A stretch of 64,000 nucleotides of DNA. Source: Bacteroidales bacterium. Its GTDB lineage: Bacteria > Bacteroidota > Bacteroidia > Bacteroidales > UBA932. Positions within the stretch are counted from its first letter, which is position 1. Each line of letters opens with the position of its first letter. A program made the position numbers and the translations under genes. The notes below the pieces were generated by a model. The model was not told the DNA's origin. It searched no databases and saw only the letters and a program-made list of their open reading frames with translations. Shown piece by piece: positions 29,102 through 39,470 of this stretch. The DNA lies in NCBI GenBank assembly GCA_017445755.1, contig JAFSSE010000030.1:7890-71889 (forward strand). Reading direction: 5' to 3'.

Positions 29102-30217
29102 ATGAAGATTGCCATACTGTCCTGTTTCTATCCCTTCAGGGGCGGAATCTCCCAGTTCAATGCCTGTCTTTACGACGCCCTGAGCGGGGAGCATGAGGTT
29201 CGCGCCTTCAACTTCAAAAGGCAGTACCCCGAATTCCTGTTCCCGGGAAAAACACAGTATGTCACTCCTGACGACGAGGCCGTACCGGTAGAGAGCACCT
29301 CCCTGCTGGATACGGCTTCTCCTTTTACCTGGGGCAGGACCGCCAGGGCAATCCGGGAATGGAAACCGGACCTCCTCGTAACGGGCTACTGGATGAGCTG
29401 GTTCGCCCCCTCGCTGGGCTGGATAGAGCGCCACTGCGGCTGCAAGAGCATTGCCGTCCTCCACAACGTCGTACCCCACGAGAAACGTTTCTTCGACGTC
29501 CCGCTGACAAAGTACTTCCTGAAGGGCTGCAACGGCTTCGTGACCATGGCCGACGTAACCACCGGGGACCTTCTGAAGTTCATTCCGGACGCGAAATACA
29601 TCCTCCGGCCCCACCCACTCTATACCCACTTCGGGGAGAAACTCCCTCGGGAAGAGGCGGAGGACCTTCTCCATCTGGAGCATGGAAAGAAGAACCTCCT
29701 GTTCTTCGGCCTGATACGGTCGTACAAGGGGCTGGACATCCTCCTGGAGGCCTTCCGGGAGCTGCCGGACGAGTACAATCTCATTATCGCCGGAGAGCCG
29801 TACGGATCCTTCCAGAAATACCAGGAAATAATTGACACCCTACCCGGCAAGGACCGGGTACACCTCTTCCCGGAGTATATCCGTGATTCGGAGGTGAAGA
29901 AATTCTTCTCGGCCGCCGACGTGACTGTCCTCCCCTACCGGAGTGCAACCCAGAGCGGCATCAGTTCGGTCTCCTACCACTTTGAAGTCCCGATGATCGT
30001 TACCGACGTCGGCGGACTGAAATACACAATCGGGGACCGCGGCACAGGAATTGTCGTTCCGTCTCCGGACGCCGGAGAGGTCCGCCGCGGCATCCTCCGC
30101 TATTTTGAAGACCAGGGAGTCCGGGAGCGCTGCGTGGAAGCCATCCGCCTCGAAAAGGAGCGGCTTTCATGGAAGCGTTTCGCCAACGACCTTGTGTCCC
30201 TCTCGCAGTCGCTTTAA
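29102..30217 (+). CDS. Glycosyltransferase family 4
   Basis: P.RGGISQF, FFGLIRSYKGLD, LPY.SATQSG, TDVGGL. Confidence 0.88.
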   Translation: MKIAILSCFYPFRGGISQFNACLYDALSGEHEVRAFNFKRQYPEFLFPGKTQYVTPDDEAVPVESTSLLDTASPFTWGRTARAIREWKPDLLVTGYWMSWFAPSLGWIERHCGCKSIAVLHNVVPHEKRFFDVPLTKYFLKGCNGFVTMADVTTGDLLKFIPDAKYILRPHPLYTHFGEKLPREEAEDLLHLEHGKKNLLFFGLIRSYKGLDILLEAFRELPDEYNLIIAGEPYGSFQKYQEIIDTLPGKDRVHLFPEYIRDSEVKKFFSAADVTVLPYRSATQSGISSVSYHFEVPMIVTDVGGLKYTIGDRGTGIVVPSPDAGEVRRGILRYFEDQGVRERCVEAIRLEKERLSWKRFANDLVSLSQSL

Positions 30218-30229
30218 AAACTTAGGAAA

Positions 30230-31870
30230 ATGATGAGAAAAGCCATATTGACGGCCACGCTGCTGCTGATGACCCTCGGAGCGGTCTCCGTCTCCGCCCA
30301 GGACTACGTCGCCCCTCAGGTTACCATTTCCAAGGAGAAGGTCCGCCTGAACGGCAAGGTTTATTATTCCCATGTCGTCCTCGAAAAGCAGACGCTCTAT
30401 TCCATATCCAAGGCCTACGGCGTCAGCATCAATGACATAATGGAGGCAAATCCCTCCCTCGCCGACACCGGACTGCAGAAAAACGCCGTGATAATGATTC
30501 CGGTAGCCCCTTCCGCGCCCGTCACCGCACCGGCCGCCCCGGATGAAAAAACTGTCGAGGTGACCCCGGCCCCGGCTCCGGAAGCCCCTGCTGCCCAGGG
30601 GTATAAGGAACATATCCGGAAGTGGTATGAAAACCTCGACGACATCGCCCGGAAGTACAAGGTTTCGAAGGAGGACATCATGCGGTTCAACTCCCTTACC
30701 TCTGAAACCCTTAGCCGCCGTCAGGTACTGAAAATCCCTACAGAGCCGCTCCTTCCCGCCGAAACCGTCGATGAGACCGCAGAGCCGGCCCCTGCCGACA
30801 CGCTTTCCACCTCTCCCGAGGAGCCCAAGGAGGACACCGTCGTCGTCTCCTTCTTCCCTAAAAGCTGCGTGAACGTCGCCCTGATGCTCCCCCTTACCGC
30901 CTCGGGTGCCGCCGGGGACATGAACATGGACTTCTATTCCGGCGTTCTTCTCGCCGTCAAGGACCTCGAGGAAAAGGGCATTTCGACCGAACTGCACGTC
31001 CATGACCTCACCAAGGGCACGATTCCCGGGGCCTACTCCCTCGGAAACACCGACTTCATACTCGGACCGATTTCCTCGAAGGATATCCGGACCGTCCTGG
31101 ATTATACCGGGAAGGGGATTCCCCTTATTTCGCCCCTCGACCAGAAGGCCGCGGAAATCATGGCTGAAGCCCCTCTCCTCGTCCAGGCCCCGCCCCGGAC
31201 AGAGGCCCAGTATGAGGATATCGTATCATGGGTCAGGGAGGATCGCACCCTTTCGGACAATGTCCTGCTGATCAAGGAAAAAGGTATCCAGAGCGCCGCC
31301 TCGGAGGCCATTTCGGGGAACATGGGAGGACAGTTCTTCCCCTTCCAGACGCTTTCCTATGCGATGAGCGAGGGAACCTCAATTCCAACCCGCCTCCCGC
31401 TCCTTCTCTCAAAGGCAGGGACCAACCGGGTGGTTATCGCCTCCGACCGCGAGGAGTTTGTCAGCGACGTCCTGAGGAACATCACAATAATGCAGGGAAA
31501 GGGCTATGAGGTTGTCGTTTACGCGACCTCGAAGATCCGTTCCTTCGACATCGACCCGACGGTCCTGCATGAACTCGCCCTCCATGTCTCGTCTTCCTAT
31601 TATGTAGATTACTCCGCCCGGGCGGTCAAACGTTTCCTTCTCGAATACAGGGCCCTTTACAACACCGAGCCGAGCCAGTTCGCCTTCCAGGGCTATGACA
31701 TCGCAAGCTACTTCATCACCCTCGTTTCAAAGTACGGGGACGGCTGGAGAATCATGGCGCCGAATACGGTAGAAACGGGACTCCATATGGAATTCCGCTT
31801 CTCTGAAGGTGTGAACAAGGGGGTCCGGAGAATCGTCTACCGGAAGGATTATACGACGGGAAGCAACTAA
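30230..31870 (+). CDS. LysM peptidoglycan-binding protein with C-terminal periplasmic-binding-protein-like domain
   Basis: Two LysM motifs (TLYSISKAYGVS, LDDIARKYKVS); VALMLP, DFYSG, AFQGYD. Confidence 0.82.
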   Translation: MMRKAILTATLLLMTLGAVSVSAQDYVAPQVTISKEKVRLNGKVYYSHVVLEKQTLYSISKAYGVSINDIMEANPSLADTGLQKNAVIMIPVAPSAPVTAPAAPDEKTVEVTPAPAPEAPAAQGYKEHIRKWYENLDDIARKYKVSKEDIMRFNSLTSETLSRRQVLKIPTEPLLPAETVDETAEPAPADTLSTSPEEPKEDTVVVSFFPKSCVNVALMLPLTASGAAGDMNMDFYSGVLLAVKDLEEKGISTELHVHDLTKGTIPGAYSLGNTDFILGPISSKDIRTVLDYTGKGIPLISPLDQKAAEIMAEAPLLVQAPPRTEAQYEDIVSWVREDRTLSDNVLLIKEKGIQSAASEAISGNMGGQFFPFQTLSYAMSEGTSIPTRLPLLLSKAGTNRVVIASDREEFVSDVLRNITIMQGKGYEVVVYATSKIRSFDIDPTVLHELALHVSSSYYVDYSARAVKRFLLEYRALYNTEPSQFAFQGYDIASYFITLVSKYGDGWRIMAPNTVETGLHMEFRFSEGVNKGVRRIVYRKDYTTGSN

Positions 31871-33516
31871 GAATCAAGAAGTTCACGCGCGTTCCGGACG
31901 GCGGCCTCCCCGATGGTGGAGCCGCTGAGCATGCGTGCGATTTCTCTTACACGATCCTCCCCTTCTATCCGACGGATTGAAGAGACGGAGTTTTCCTTTG
32001 ATACGAGATAGTGGGCGCTGCCCTTTGCCGCTACCTGCGGGAGGTGGGTGATGGCGAAAACCTGCATGTCCTCTCCCATGGAACAAATCATGGATCCCAT
32101 CTTATCCGCAGCGCTGCCGGAGACACCGGTATCGATTTCATCGAAAACGAGGGTCGGCATGTCGGCATAGCGGGCCATCATCGCTTTAAGTCCCAGCATA
32201 ATCCGGGAAAGTTCGCCGCCAGAGGCACATTTTGAAAGTTCCAGCGGGGCGCGGCCGGTCGAAGAGAAGAGGAAGAGGACGGCGTCCGTCCCGTCGGGGC
32301 CCATCTGGGCTTCCCGGATTTCAACCAGGAAAAGAGCCGATTCCAATTCCAGGAACCGCATCAGTTCCCGTACCCCTTCCGCAAAGCGCCCGGAGGCCTC
32401 AACCCTCCTTTCATGGAGCTTCGAAGAGAGGTCCGCATATACTTTTTCTTCGGCAGTGAGGGCCTTCCTGAGCTCCTCGACCCTTTCCTCGAGGGAAGAG
32501 CTGTCGAAGAGGGTTTCGCCGAGGGAGTCCCTCTCGGCGATAAGGGAAGGAATGTCGGAACAGCCGAATTTTTTCATGAGGGAATAGAGCAGCGAGAGCC
32601 GCTGCTCGAGCTCTGTGAGCCGCTCCGGAGAGAATTCCACCCTGGATGAAACCTTCTCGACCTCCGAAAGGATGTCCTCCAGCTCGAAGCGGGCGGAATC
32701 CATACGGGAAGAAAGTTCCCCGAGGGAAGGAATGAAACTCGAAAGGCGGGATAGGATCTTCCCGGAATCCTTCAGCGAGGCATTCAGGGATTCCCTTCCG
32801 TCGGAGGGGTCAAAGAGCTCCTGGACCGCAGAGAGCCCGGATTTAATCTCTTCCGCATTTGCAACCTGCCGCTGCTCGGCCTCGAGCTCCTCGAGTTCTC
32901 CTTCGCGGAGTTTTGCGCTCTCGAGCTGATGGAAACGGCTGTCGATATAGTCCCGCTCCCCGGTAAGGCGACGAAGCTTTTCCTCCGAAGCCGAAAGGTC
33001 CTTCCTGAGGGCCTGGAGCCGGGCCCATGATTCCGAAAGGGGCTTCAGCAGGGGGGCGTTTCCCGCGAAAGCGTCAAGGGCGGACAGGGCATAGCGCCGG
33101 TCCGTCAGAAGGCGCGTATCGTGCTGGGAGTGGATATCGACAAGCCGGGAAGAGAGCTCCTGGAGCACTCCTACGGGGACCGGGGAATCGTTCACGAAGC
33201 CCCTCGAGCGGCCGGAAGCCGCAATGGTCCGGCGGACCGTCAGATGATTCCCGTCCCTTTCCAGGTCGTTCTCCTCGATCAGGCGGGAAAGCAGCGGATC
33301 ATCTTCCACATCGAATTCCGCCTCGACGACACAGCTTTCTCCATGGTCGCCGATCACCGAGACATCCGCCTTCGCCCCGAGCACGAGGGAAAGCGCCCCG
33401 AGCAGGATTGACTTCCCCGCTCCGGTCTCTCCGGTTATAATGACGAGACCCTCCGGGAACGAAATGTCCAGAGAGTCTATCAGAGCGTAATTTTCAATGT
33501 GAAGATGGGTCAGCAT
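31867..33516 (-). CDS. recN: DNA repair protein RecN
   Basis: Walker A TGETGAGKS, SGGELSR, FDEIDTGVSG, ITHLPQVA. Confidence 0.96.
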   Translation of the reverse strand: MLTHLHIENYALIDSLDISFPEGLVIITGETGAGKSILLGALSLVLGAKADVSVIGDHGESCVVEAEFDVEDDPLLSRLIEENDLERDGNHLTVRRTIAASGRSRGFVNDSPVPVGVLQELSSRLVDIHSQHDTRLLTDRRYALSALDAFAGNAPLLKPLSESWARLQALRKDLSASEEKLRRLTGERDYIDSRFHQLESAKLREGELEELEAEQRQVANAEEIKSGLSAVQELFDPSDGRESLNASLKDSGKILSRLSSFIPSLGELSSRMDSARFELEDILSEVEKVSSRVEFSPERLTELEQRLSLLYSLMKKFGCSDIPSLIAERDSLGETLFDSSSLEERVEELRKALTAEEKVYADLSSKLHERRVEASGRFAEGVRELMRFLELESALFLVEIREAQMGPDGTDAVLFLFSSTGRAPLELSKCASGGELSRIMLGLKAMMARYADMPTLVFDEIDTGVSGSAADKMGSMICSMGEDMQVFAITHLPQVAAKGSAHYLVSKENSVSSIRRIEGEDRVREIARMLSGSTIGEAAVRNARELLDS

Positions 33517-33529
33517 CTCCTTCAGCGGA

Positions 33530-33847
33530 CTACTTTCCGCCCTCCGCCTTACGGTAGGAGAGTTCTCCCGCTTCGAATTCGGAAATCGCTACAAGATCCG
33601 GCTTCGGCTGCCTTTCATAGTACTTCGAGATTTCAATCTGCTCTTCATTCTCGAATACCTCTTCCATATTGTCGCGCTCGTTGCGGAAGTCCTCGAGCTT
33701 CTTCGAAAGCTCCTTCTTTTCCGCCGCAGCAATCTGGTTAGCCCTCTTGTAGAGGATAACTACCGACTCATAGATGTTGCCGGTCGGCTCGGCGAGATTC
33801 TTCACATCCCGGGTAATGGTATTTGTCGGGATATTCTTTCTGTCCAT
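33530..33847 (-). CDS. rpoZ: RNA polymerase omega subunit (Bacteroidota type)
   Basis: TGNIYE.V....KRANQI, EVFEN.EQIEISKYYER.PKP; located between bamD and recN. Confidence 0.9.
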   Translation of the reverse strand: MDRKNIPTNTITRDVKNLAEPTGNIYESVVILYKRANQIAAAEKKELSKKLEDFRNERDNMEEVFENEEQIEISKYYERQPKPDLVAISEFEAGELSYRKAEGGK

Positions 33848-33900
33848 ATCGTTTTACTTTTACTATCTATTAATACTACCTCACTTTTCCGGAAACGGTT

Positions 33901-34797
33901 TCATTTTTTTTTCATTTCCTTCTCGATAAGTTTCTGCTCGCGGGCGAATTCCTTCTCCTTCGCTTCAAGCTCCTCATCGGTCCCGGTATAGCGTCCGAGC
34001 GCCTTCTGGGCCCTCCTGTACTTCAGTTCCAGCTCCTTGCAGTAACGGGAATCGGGCAGTTCTCCAATGAAATTGAGGTAGTCGTCCACAAATACGAGAT
34101 AGCGCTCCTTCTGCTTTTCCGGAACGCTCAGGCGGGCGTAATTGTAGGAGGACATGGCGGTATAGTAGAGGATGTCTTCCCGGTAGATATTGTCCGAATC
34201 GTCCTTCAGGACATTCCGGAAAGCCACCCGGGCGGCGAGGTAATCCTCCATCTTGTAGTAGAGCTTCGCCGCCTCATAGGCCTTGCGGTCGAGCCGCTCA
34301 TTGAGATCGACGCTCATTTTCCGGCAGGCCTCGAGATGGGGCGTGTCCGCAGGATATTCTGCCATGTACTCGGCAATGGCCTGGAGGCAGGCATAGGTCG
34401 GGGTCTGGTCGAGCTCGTACCGGTAGGTCGAACGGTAGAGGCAGTCGAGACGCAGGAAACGGGCATCCTCGGCGAAGGGGCTCCTCGGGAAGTTCTCGAG
34501 GAACTTCTGGAAATTGGTTTCGGCCGTATAGTAATCCTTGTAACGGTAGTTGCTGAGTCCCCAGTAGTACTGGACCGTATCGTCCCTCTCGGTTCCGTTA
34601 GTCAGCACGGACATAGACTCGAACAGCTGAGCGGCACGGCTGTATTTCTTCTGGTTGAAATAGTCGAACGCCGCCTCGTACTTTGCGTCGATGTCATTGC
34701 TGCTCAGAAGGGCCTCATACTCCGACTTGCAGGAGAGGACTCCGGAGAGAACGAGAAGGACCGCGAGGGTCCTGAAGGTATTTTTCATGTTTTTCAT
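33901..34797 (-). CDS. bamD: Outer membrane assembly lipoprotein BamD
   Basis: Lipobox LS-C; TPR motifs; LDQTPT; ATG overlaps the trxB stop (TGATG). Alternative start at 34788. Confidence 0.9.
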   Translation of the reverse strand: MKNMKNTFRTLAVLLVLSGVLSCKSEYEALLSSNDIDAKYEAAFDYFNQKKYSRAAQLFESMSVLTNGTERDDTVQYYWGLSNYRYKDYYTAETNFQKFLENFPRSPFAEDARFLRLDCLYRSTYRYELDQTPTYACLQAIAEYMAEYPADTPHLEACRKMSVDLNERLDRKAYEAAKLYYKMEDYLAARVAFRNVLKDDSDNIYREDILYYTAMSSYNYARLSVPEKQKERYLVFVDDYLNFIGELPDSRYCKELELKYRRAQKALGRYTGTDEELEAKEKEFAREQKLIEKEMKKK

Positions 34798-35729
34798 CAA
34801 TTAATTCCCTGTTCCAAAAGGAAGCGCTCGGCGTCCCGGGCGGCCTTGCAGCCCGAAGCGGCCGCGGTGACGGCCTGGCGATAAAGCGGATCCTGGACAT
34901 CTCCCGCCGCGAAAACTCCCTTGACCGAGGTTTCGGAGGTCTTCGGAGCCGTCACGATATAGCCCGCATCGTCCGTTTCCAGATACTTCGAGAAAAGCTC
35001 GGAATTGGGGTGGTGGCCGATCGCGAGGAAAAAGCCGTCGATTTCAATATCAAACACCTTGCCATCCTTGCGTTCGAGACGCGCTCCGGTAACACCCATT
35101 CCGTCGCCAAGGACCTCCCGGGTGTTGCAGTTCCATAGGACTTCTATGTTCTCCCGGGAAAAAACCTTGGCCTGCATGGCCTTGGAGGCGCGGAAAACAT
35201 CCCGGCGGACAATCATGTACACCTTTTTGCAGAGCCCGGAAAGGTAGAGGGCCTCCTCGCAGGCGGTATCTCCCCCGCCGACGACTGCCACCGTCTTTTT
35301 CCTGTAGAAAAAGCCGTCGCAGGTCGCGCAGGCGGAAACGCCCATCCCGCGGTACTTCGTCTCTGAAGGGAGGCCCAGGTAGCGGGCGCTGGCCCCGGTT
35401 GCGATAACAAGGGCCTCCGCTTCAATCTCCTTTTCAGCGTCAATCTTTACCCTGAAAGGGCGCTTTGAAAGATCGACCTCCGTAGCGGCACCCATACGGA
35501 TATCCGCCCCGAAGGATGCGGCCTGGGCGCGCATCGTATCCATAAGCGTATTAGCGTCCACTCCCCCGTTGAAACCAGGATAATTCTCGACAACGGTCGT
35601 CGTTGTGAGCTGTCCTCCCGGTTCCATGCCCTCGTAGAGCACGGGGTCGAGATTCGCCCTTGAAGCGTAGATTGCCGCAGTATATCCGGCAGGGCCGCCG
35701 CCCAGTATCAGAAGCTTGACTTTTTCCAT
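34797..35729 (-). CDS. trxB: Thioredoxin-disulfide reductase
   Basis: GGGPAG, CATCDG, GGGDTA, FAAGDV; start at ATG 35729; -7 box TAACTTTG at 35738-35745. Confidence 0.96.
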   Translation of the reverse strand: MEKVKLLILGGGPAGYTAAIYASRANLDPVLYEGMEPGGQLTTTTVVENYPGFNGGVDANTLMDTMRAQAASFGADIRMGAATEVDLSKRPFRVKIDAEKEIEAEALVIATGASARYLGLPSETKYRGMGVSACATCDGFFYRKKTVAVVGGGDTACEEALYLSGLCKKVYMIVRRDVFRASKAMQAKVFSRENIEVLWNCNTREVLGDGMGVTGARLERKDGKVFDIEIDGFFLAIGHHPNSELFSKYLETDDAGYIVTAPKTSETSVKGVFAAGDVQDPLYRQAVTAAASGCKAARDAERFLLEQGIN

Positions 35730-35755
35730 AACGGAGGCAAAGTTACAAATTATTT

Positions 35756-38011
35756 TCATTCTGCGAGATAGGCACACGAGGACGGATCTCCCGCGAGCCA
35801 AACCACGTCTCCCTCGGCAAAGCGCAGGTCGGGTTTCGGATTGGTTATCATCTCTTCGCCCCGAAGGATGCTGACGACCATGCAGCGGTAATCCCTCATG
35901 CCAACCTCCCGGAGGGTCTTTCCGCAGAGATATGAGCCCGGCTTGATATCGGCAGCGACAACCTCGAATTCTGCGTCTCCATCATCCGCAGCAGCCCTTT
36001 CGACAGAAGAGCCCATGAGGTCCCGGAACTTTCCGAGCTGCTCTCCCGTGCCGACGGCAAGGATGCGGTCCCCGGGGAAAAGGTGCATGTCCCTGGAAGG
36101 AATCGTGTAATTGTGGGTTCCTCTCTGGATTTTTATGATATTGGCTCCGGTTTCGCTCCGGATAGGAATCTCCCGGAGTTTCTGCCCGGCAAAGGAGGAA
36201 TCGGGATCGACGAGGAAGGTCTCGATATGGACGTCATAGCCGGCAAGCTTGTCCCGGATCGAGGAGGCGACAGGGGCGCGGCGCTTTTCAATCTGCTCTT
36301 TTTCATTGAGATTCGCCATGAACCGCCTCTCGAAATCCCCGTACTGGCGGACTGAACGCCGGGCGACATAGAAGAGGACTATTCCCGCGACAATCAGCAG
36401 CAGAACGACCCAGCCGGCAAGATGGAAATGGGACGAGATGACGCTTAGGACCATACCGATTGCGAGGAAGGCCCTGACGAGGGTCATCCCGAGAAGGGGC
36501 CACACATTTGTCGCCTTCTCCTCCCGGAGCCGGCGGGTGCTGAGTTTCATCTGCTCCGTATTGGTGACAAAGCCGTAGAGGAAGGGGGACATGGCAAGGA
36601 GGGTCGCCCCGACTGCGATAAGGTTCCTCCAAAATACTGTAATCTGCGGTAGAAGCCGATCCAGAAGGGGTTCCAGATAGGTTCTGAATCCAATTTGGAT
36701 AGCCAGGAGGATAACCCCGTAAAGGACCATCCTGAGGAAGAATGAGCGGAGGAGTTTCTTCCACTCGCTCTGCTCGGCGTTAGTCTGTTTGACCGCCGAC
36801 TCGGGAGGATCCAGCCGGAGGAGCCATTTTCCCGGAAGGCGCTTCCGGAGGAGACGCTCCGCCGGATCAGCGGCCTTTATCATGTACGGGGTCGTAAAAG
36901 TCGTAATCACCGAGACGGCGATTATGACAGGATAGATGAAATCCCTCATGACCCCGAGGGTGACCCCGACTCCGGCGAGTATGAATCCGAATTCACCGAG
37001 CTGGGCCAGTGAGAAGCCGGTATGGACCGCATTGGAGAGACCGCCGCCGGTAATCAGAATTCCCGCCGCGGAGAAAACTATGTGGGTCAGAATCACAAGG
37101 AGGGTCAGCACGAGTATGACGGCCCAGTTTTCAGCGATGACCGCCGGGGAGACCATCATACCGACCGAAACGAAGAAGATTGCGCCGAAGAGGTCCTTGA
37201 TTGGATGAACAAGGTGTTCAATATGCTCGCTTTCAACCGTTTCCGCAAGGATGGACCCCATTACGAAGGCACCGAGGGCAGAGGAGAAGCCGGCCGCCGT
37301 AGCAAGGGTCACCATGCCGAAACAAAGCCCTATGGAAACTATGAGCAGAATCTCGTCGCTGAGGAAGGACTTCGCCTTCTTAAGGAGCGTCGGGATGACA
37401 TAAATACCCACCAGGAACCACAGAATCAGCGAGAATGCCAGTTTTCCGAGGTTGAAAAGCATCTCCCCGCCCTCGAACTTGTTCGAGACCGCGAGGGTGG
37501 ACAGGAGGACCATGAGGAGAATCGCTATCAGGTCCTCCACCACGAGGGTCCCGAAAACCAGCCCCGCATAGGGCTTATTCTTAAGGCCCATGTCGTCATA
37601 GGACTTGAGCACGACCGCAGTCGAAGACATCGACAGCAGACCGCCGAGGAAAATGCTCTCCATCGGGGTCCAGCCGAGGGCCTGGGCGATGACGAAACCC
37701 AGGACGAAAACCCCTATGAACTTGGTTCCGGCCGTTACGAGGGCCCCGCTCCCGACCTTCAGCAGCTTTTTGAAACTGAACTCGAGGCCGAGACCGAACA
37801 TCATGAAGATAATTCCGATTTCAGACCACTCATGGACGGCCTCCGTCGAGGAAATGCCGTAAAAGAAGGGGAAATTCGGACCGATCAGGAAACCGGCCAG
37901 GATATATCCCAGGATCAGCGGCTGTTTCAGGGCCTTCGAAAGTATTGTAAAGACTCCCGCGGAAATCAGAATTACCGCAAGGTCCCTAACCAGATTCATT
38001 TCTTCACTCAT
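35756..38011 (-). CDS. CPA2-family cation:proton antiporter with two C-terminal TrkA_C (RCK_C) domains
   Basis: KQP.ILGY..AG, GLEFS, SSTAVV, EDL, GEFGFI; start MSEEMNL at 38011; -7 box TATATTTG at 38036-38043. Confidence 0.9.
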   Translation of the reverse strand: MSEEMNLVRDLAVILISAGVFTILSKALKQPLILGYILAGFLIGPNFPFFYGISSTEAVHEWSEIGIIFMMFGLGLEFSFKKLLKVGSGALVTAGTKFIGVFVLGFVIAQALGWTPMESIFLGGLLSMSSTAVVLKSYDDMGLKNKPYAGLVFGTLVVEDLIAILLMVLLSTLAVSNKFEGGEMLFNLGKLAFSLILWFLVGIYVIPTLLKKAKSFLSDEILLIVSIGLCFGMVTLATAAGFSSALGAFVMGSILAETVESEHIEHLVHPIKDLFGAIFFVSVGMMVSPAVIAENWAVILVLTLLVILTHIVFSAAGILITGGGLSNAVHTGFSLAQLGEFGFILAGVGVTLGVMRDFIYPVIIAVSVITTFTTPYMIKAADPAERLLRKRLPGKWLLRLDPPESAVKQTNAEQSEWKKLLRSFFLRMVLYGVILLAIQIGFRTYLEPLLDRLLPQITVFWRNLIAVGATLLAMSPFLYGFVTNTEQMKLSTRRLREEKATNVWPLLGMTLVRAFLAIGMVLSVISSHFHLAGWVVLLLIVAGIVLFYVARRSVRQYGDFERRFMANLNEKEQIEKRRAPVASSIRDKLAGYDVHIETFLVDPDSSFAGQKLREIPIRSETGANIIKIQRGTHNYTIPSRDMHLFPGDRILAVGTGEQLGKFRDLMGSSVERAAADDGDAEFEVVAADIKPGSYLCGKTLREVGMRDYRCMVVSILRGEEMITNPKPDLRFAEGDVVWLAGDPSSCAYLAE

Positions 38012-38111
38012 ACACTCACGTCTCGGATAAACATACAAATATAAGGTTTTTTCCCGGGATTCATCCGATCGAATTTTGAAATATTCAAAATCCGCCTTAT
38101 ATTTGCGCGGT

Positions 38112-38573
38112 ATGAATGCGATTACCAATCTGAATACACCCTCGGAGGACGAGTTCCGTACCCTCCTAAGGAAACACAATCTCAAGGCGACCCGCCAGCG
38201 GATTGCGGTCCATAGGGTCATGACAGACCTCGGCCATGCCTCTGCGGACATGGTTTCTGAAGAACTCGTCCGGAGGGGGGAAACCCGCGTTACGGTGGCC
38301 TCTGTCTACAATATACTCTCTCAACTTGCAGACGTCCGGATTTACACCAGGCGCATGTCCGGCAACAGCAAGATGTACTTCGACGTCAACATGTCAAGGC
38401 ATCTCCACCTTTACGACCGCGAGAACAACACCTACCGGGACGTTTACGACGAGGAACTCATGGACCTCATCCGGTCCCGCCTCAAAAAGAGAAAATTCAA
38501 GGGCTTCACGGTGGAGGACATCGACATCCAGCTCATCGCCCGCCCTACGAAAAAAACAAGACTGGCATTATGA
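38112..38573 (+). CDS. Fur-family transcriptional regulator (no CxxC; Irr/PerR-like)
   Basis: LKATRQR, H.SAD, ASVYNIL, FD.N...HLH; -7 box TATATTTG at 38098-38105. Confidence 0.85.
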   Translation: MNAITNLNTPSEDEFRTLLRKHNLKATRQRIAVHRVMTDLGHASADMVSEELVRRGETRVTVASVYNILSQLADVRIYTRRMSGNSKMYFDVNMSRHLHLYDRENNTYRDVYDEELMDLIRSRLKKRKFKGFTVEDIDIQLIARPTKKTRLAL

Positions 38574-39253
38574 AAAAATTCCTTTCTTTCCTTTCAATGG
38601 CCGTACTTCTCGTTGCGGCCGCCTCCTGTTCCGAAAAGGATACCGTCATCGCCTACGGTGACGCCGAATTCGGCATGCTTGACAACGGGAAAATCCTGAC
38701 CGACAGCGGAGTAAACTTCGTTGTCGTTGACAACCAGAGTTCGATGAGGACCGACACCACCTGCCGCGTTTACATCATCTGCGACGTGCTGACAGTCAAT
38801 TCTTCCGGCGGATATGACATCCGTCTGACCAACGCCCTCCCTGTCCTGACGAAGGAAATCCTTTCCTCCTCCGCCGTCACTGTCGAAACCATGAAAGACG
38901 ACCCGATCAACGTCTGGAGCGCCTGGTATGGAGGCGGATACCTCAACCTCGGCATCACCTTCCTGGCCCACAACCCCGGGAAAGACAAACATGTCGTCGA
39001 TGTGGTCCGGGACGAGAGCGAGGGCTCCAGCGTCATTAAACTCAGGGTTCTCCACGATGCCGGCAAAGACGCGGTTGACGACTACGCTTCCGAAAACTAC
39101 GTCTCCGCCAGCACCTATGTCTCCTTCCACCTCGCCCCGCTCATTACGTCCGACAGCACCACCGCCGTCAAAGTCGAATGGAACTGGTTCTACGACCCGG
39201 AGTCCCTCGACGGCGTAAGGCAGGTCTATTCGATGGAGGGCAGCATCCTCTAA
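38570..39253 (+). CDS. NigD-like lipoprotein
   Basis: Lipobox AAS-C; DDP....W..GGYLN, H, L...HDA..D and VSF.L motifs; ATGA overlap with the Fur gene. Confidence 0.72.
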   Translation: MKKFLSFLSMAVLLVAAASCSEKDTVIAYGDAEFGMLDNGKILTDSGVNFVVVDNQSSMRTDTTCRVYIICDVLTVNSSGGYDIRLTNALPVLTKEILSSSAVTVETMKDDPINVWSAWYGGGYLNLGITFLAHNPGKDKHVVDVVRDESEGSSVIKLRVLHDAGKDAVDDYASENYVSASTYVSFHLAPLITSDSTTAVKVEWNWFYDPESLDGVRQVYSMEGSIL

Positions 39254-39315
39254 TTTTCTGCCGCAAAGGTATTGCAGCAAAAAAAATAATTTGTACCTTT
39301 GCAGTCCTCTGATAC

Positions 39316-39389
39316 GGTGGATGTAGTTCAGCTGGTAGAGCATCGGATTGTGGTTCCGAGTGTCGTGGGTTCGAGCCCCATCATCCACC
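39316..39389 (+). tRNA. tRNA-His (GTG)
   Basis: Cloverleaf with G-1:C73, anticodon GTG, TTCGA T-loop; CCA not encoded; -7 box TACCTTTG at 39294-39301. Confidence 0.96.
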
Positions 39390-39398
39390 CCTCTTCAC

Positions 39399-39429
39399 AA
39401 CGCCCCGGGAAGCCCCCGGGGCGTTTTTT
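39399..39429 (+). terminator. Intrinsic terminator after tRNA-His
   Basis: AACGCCCCGGG-loop-CCCGGGGCGTT followed by a T run. Confidence 0.8.
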
Positions 39430-39470
39430 CTCCCCGCCCCTGCCACCCGGCCTCCTTCCCGGCCGGCCGA

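Noticed and set aside
38012-38251. N-terminal extension of the CPA2 antiporter overlapping the Fur gene
   Set aside because: It spans the divergent promoter region; family homology begins at MSEEMNL (38011).
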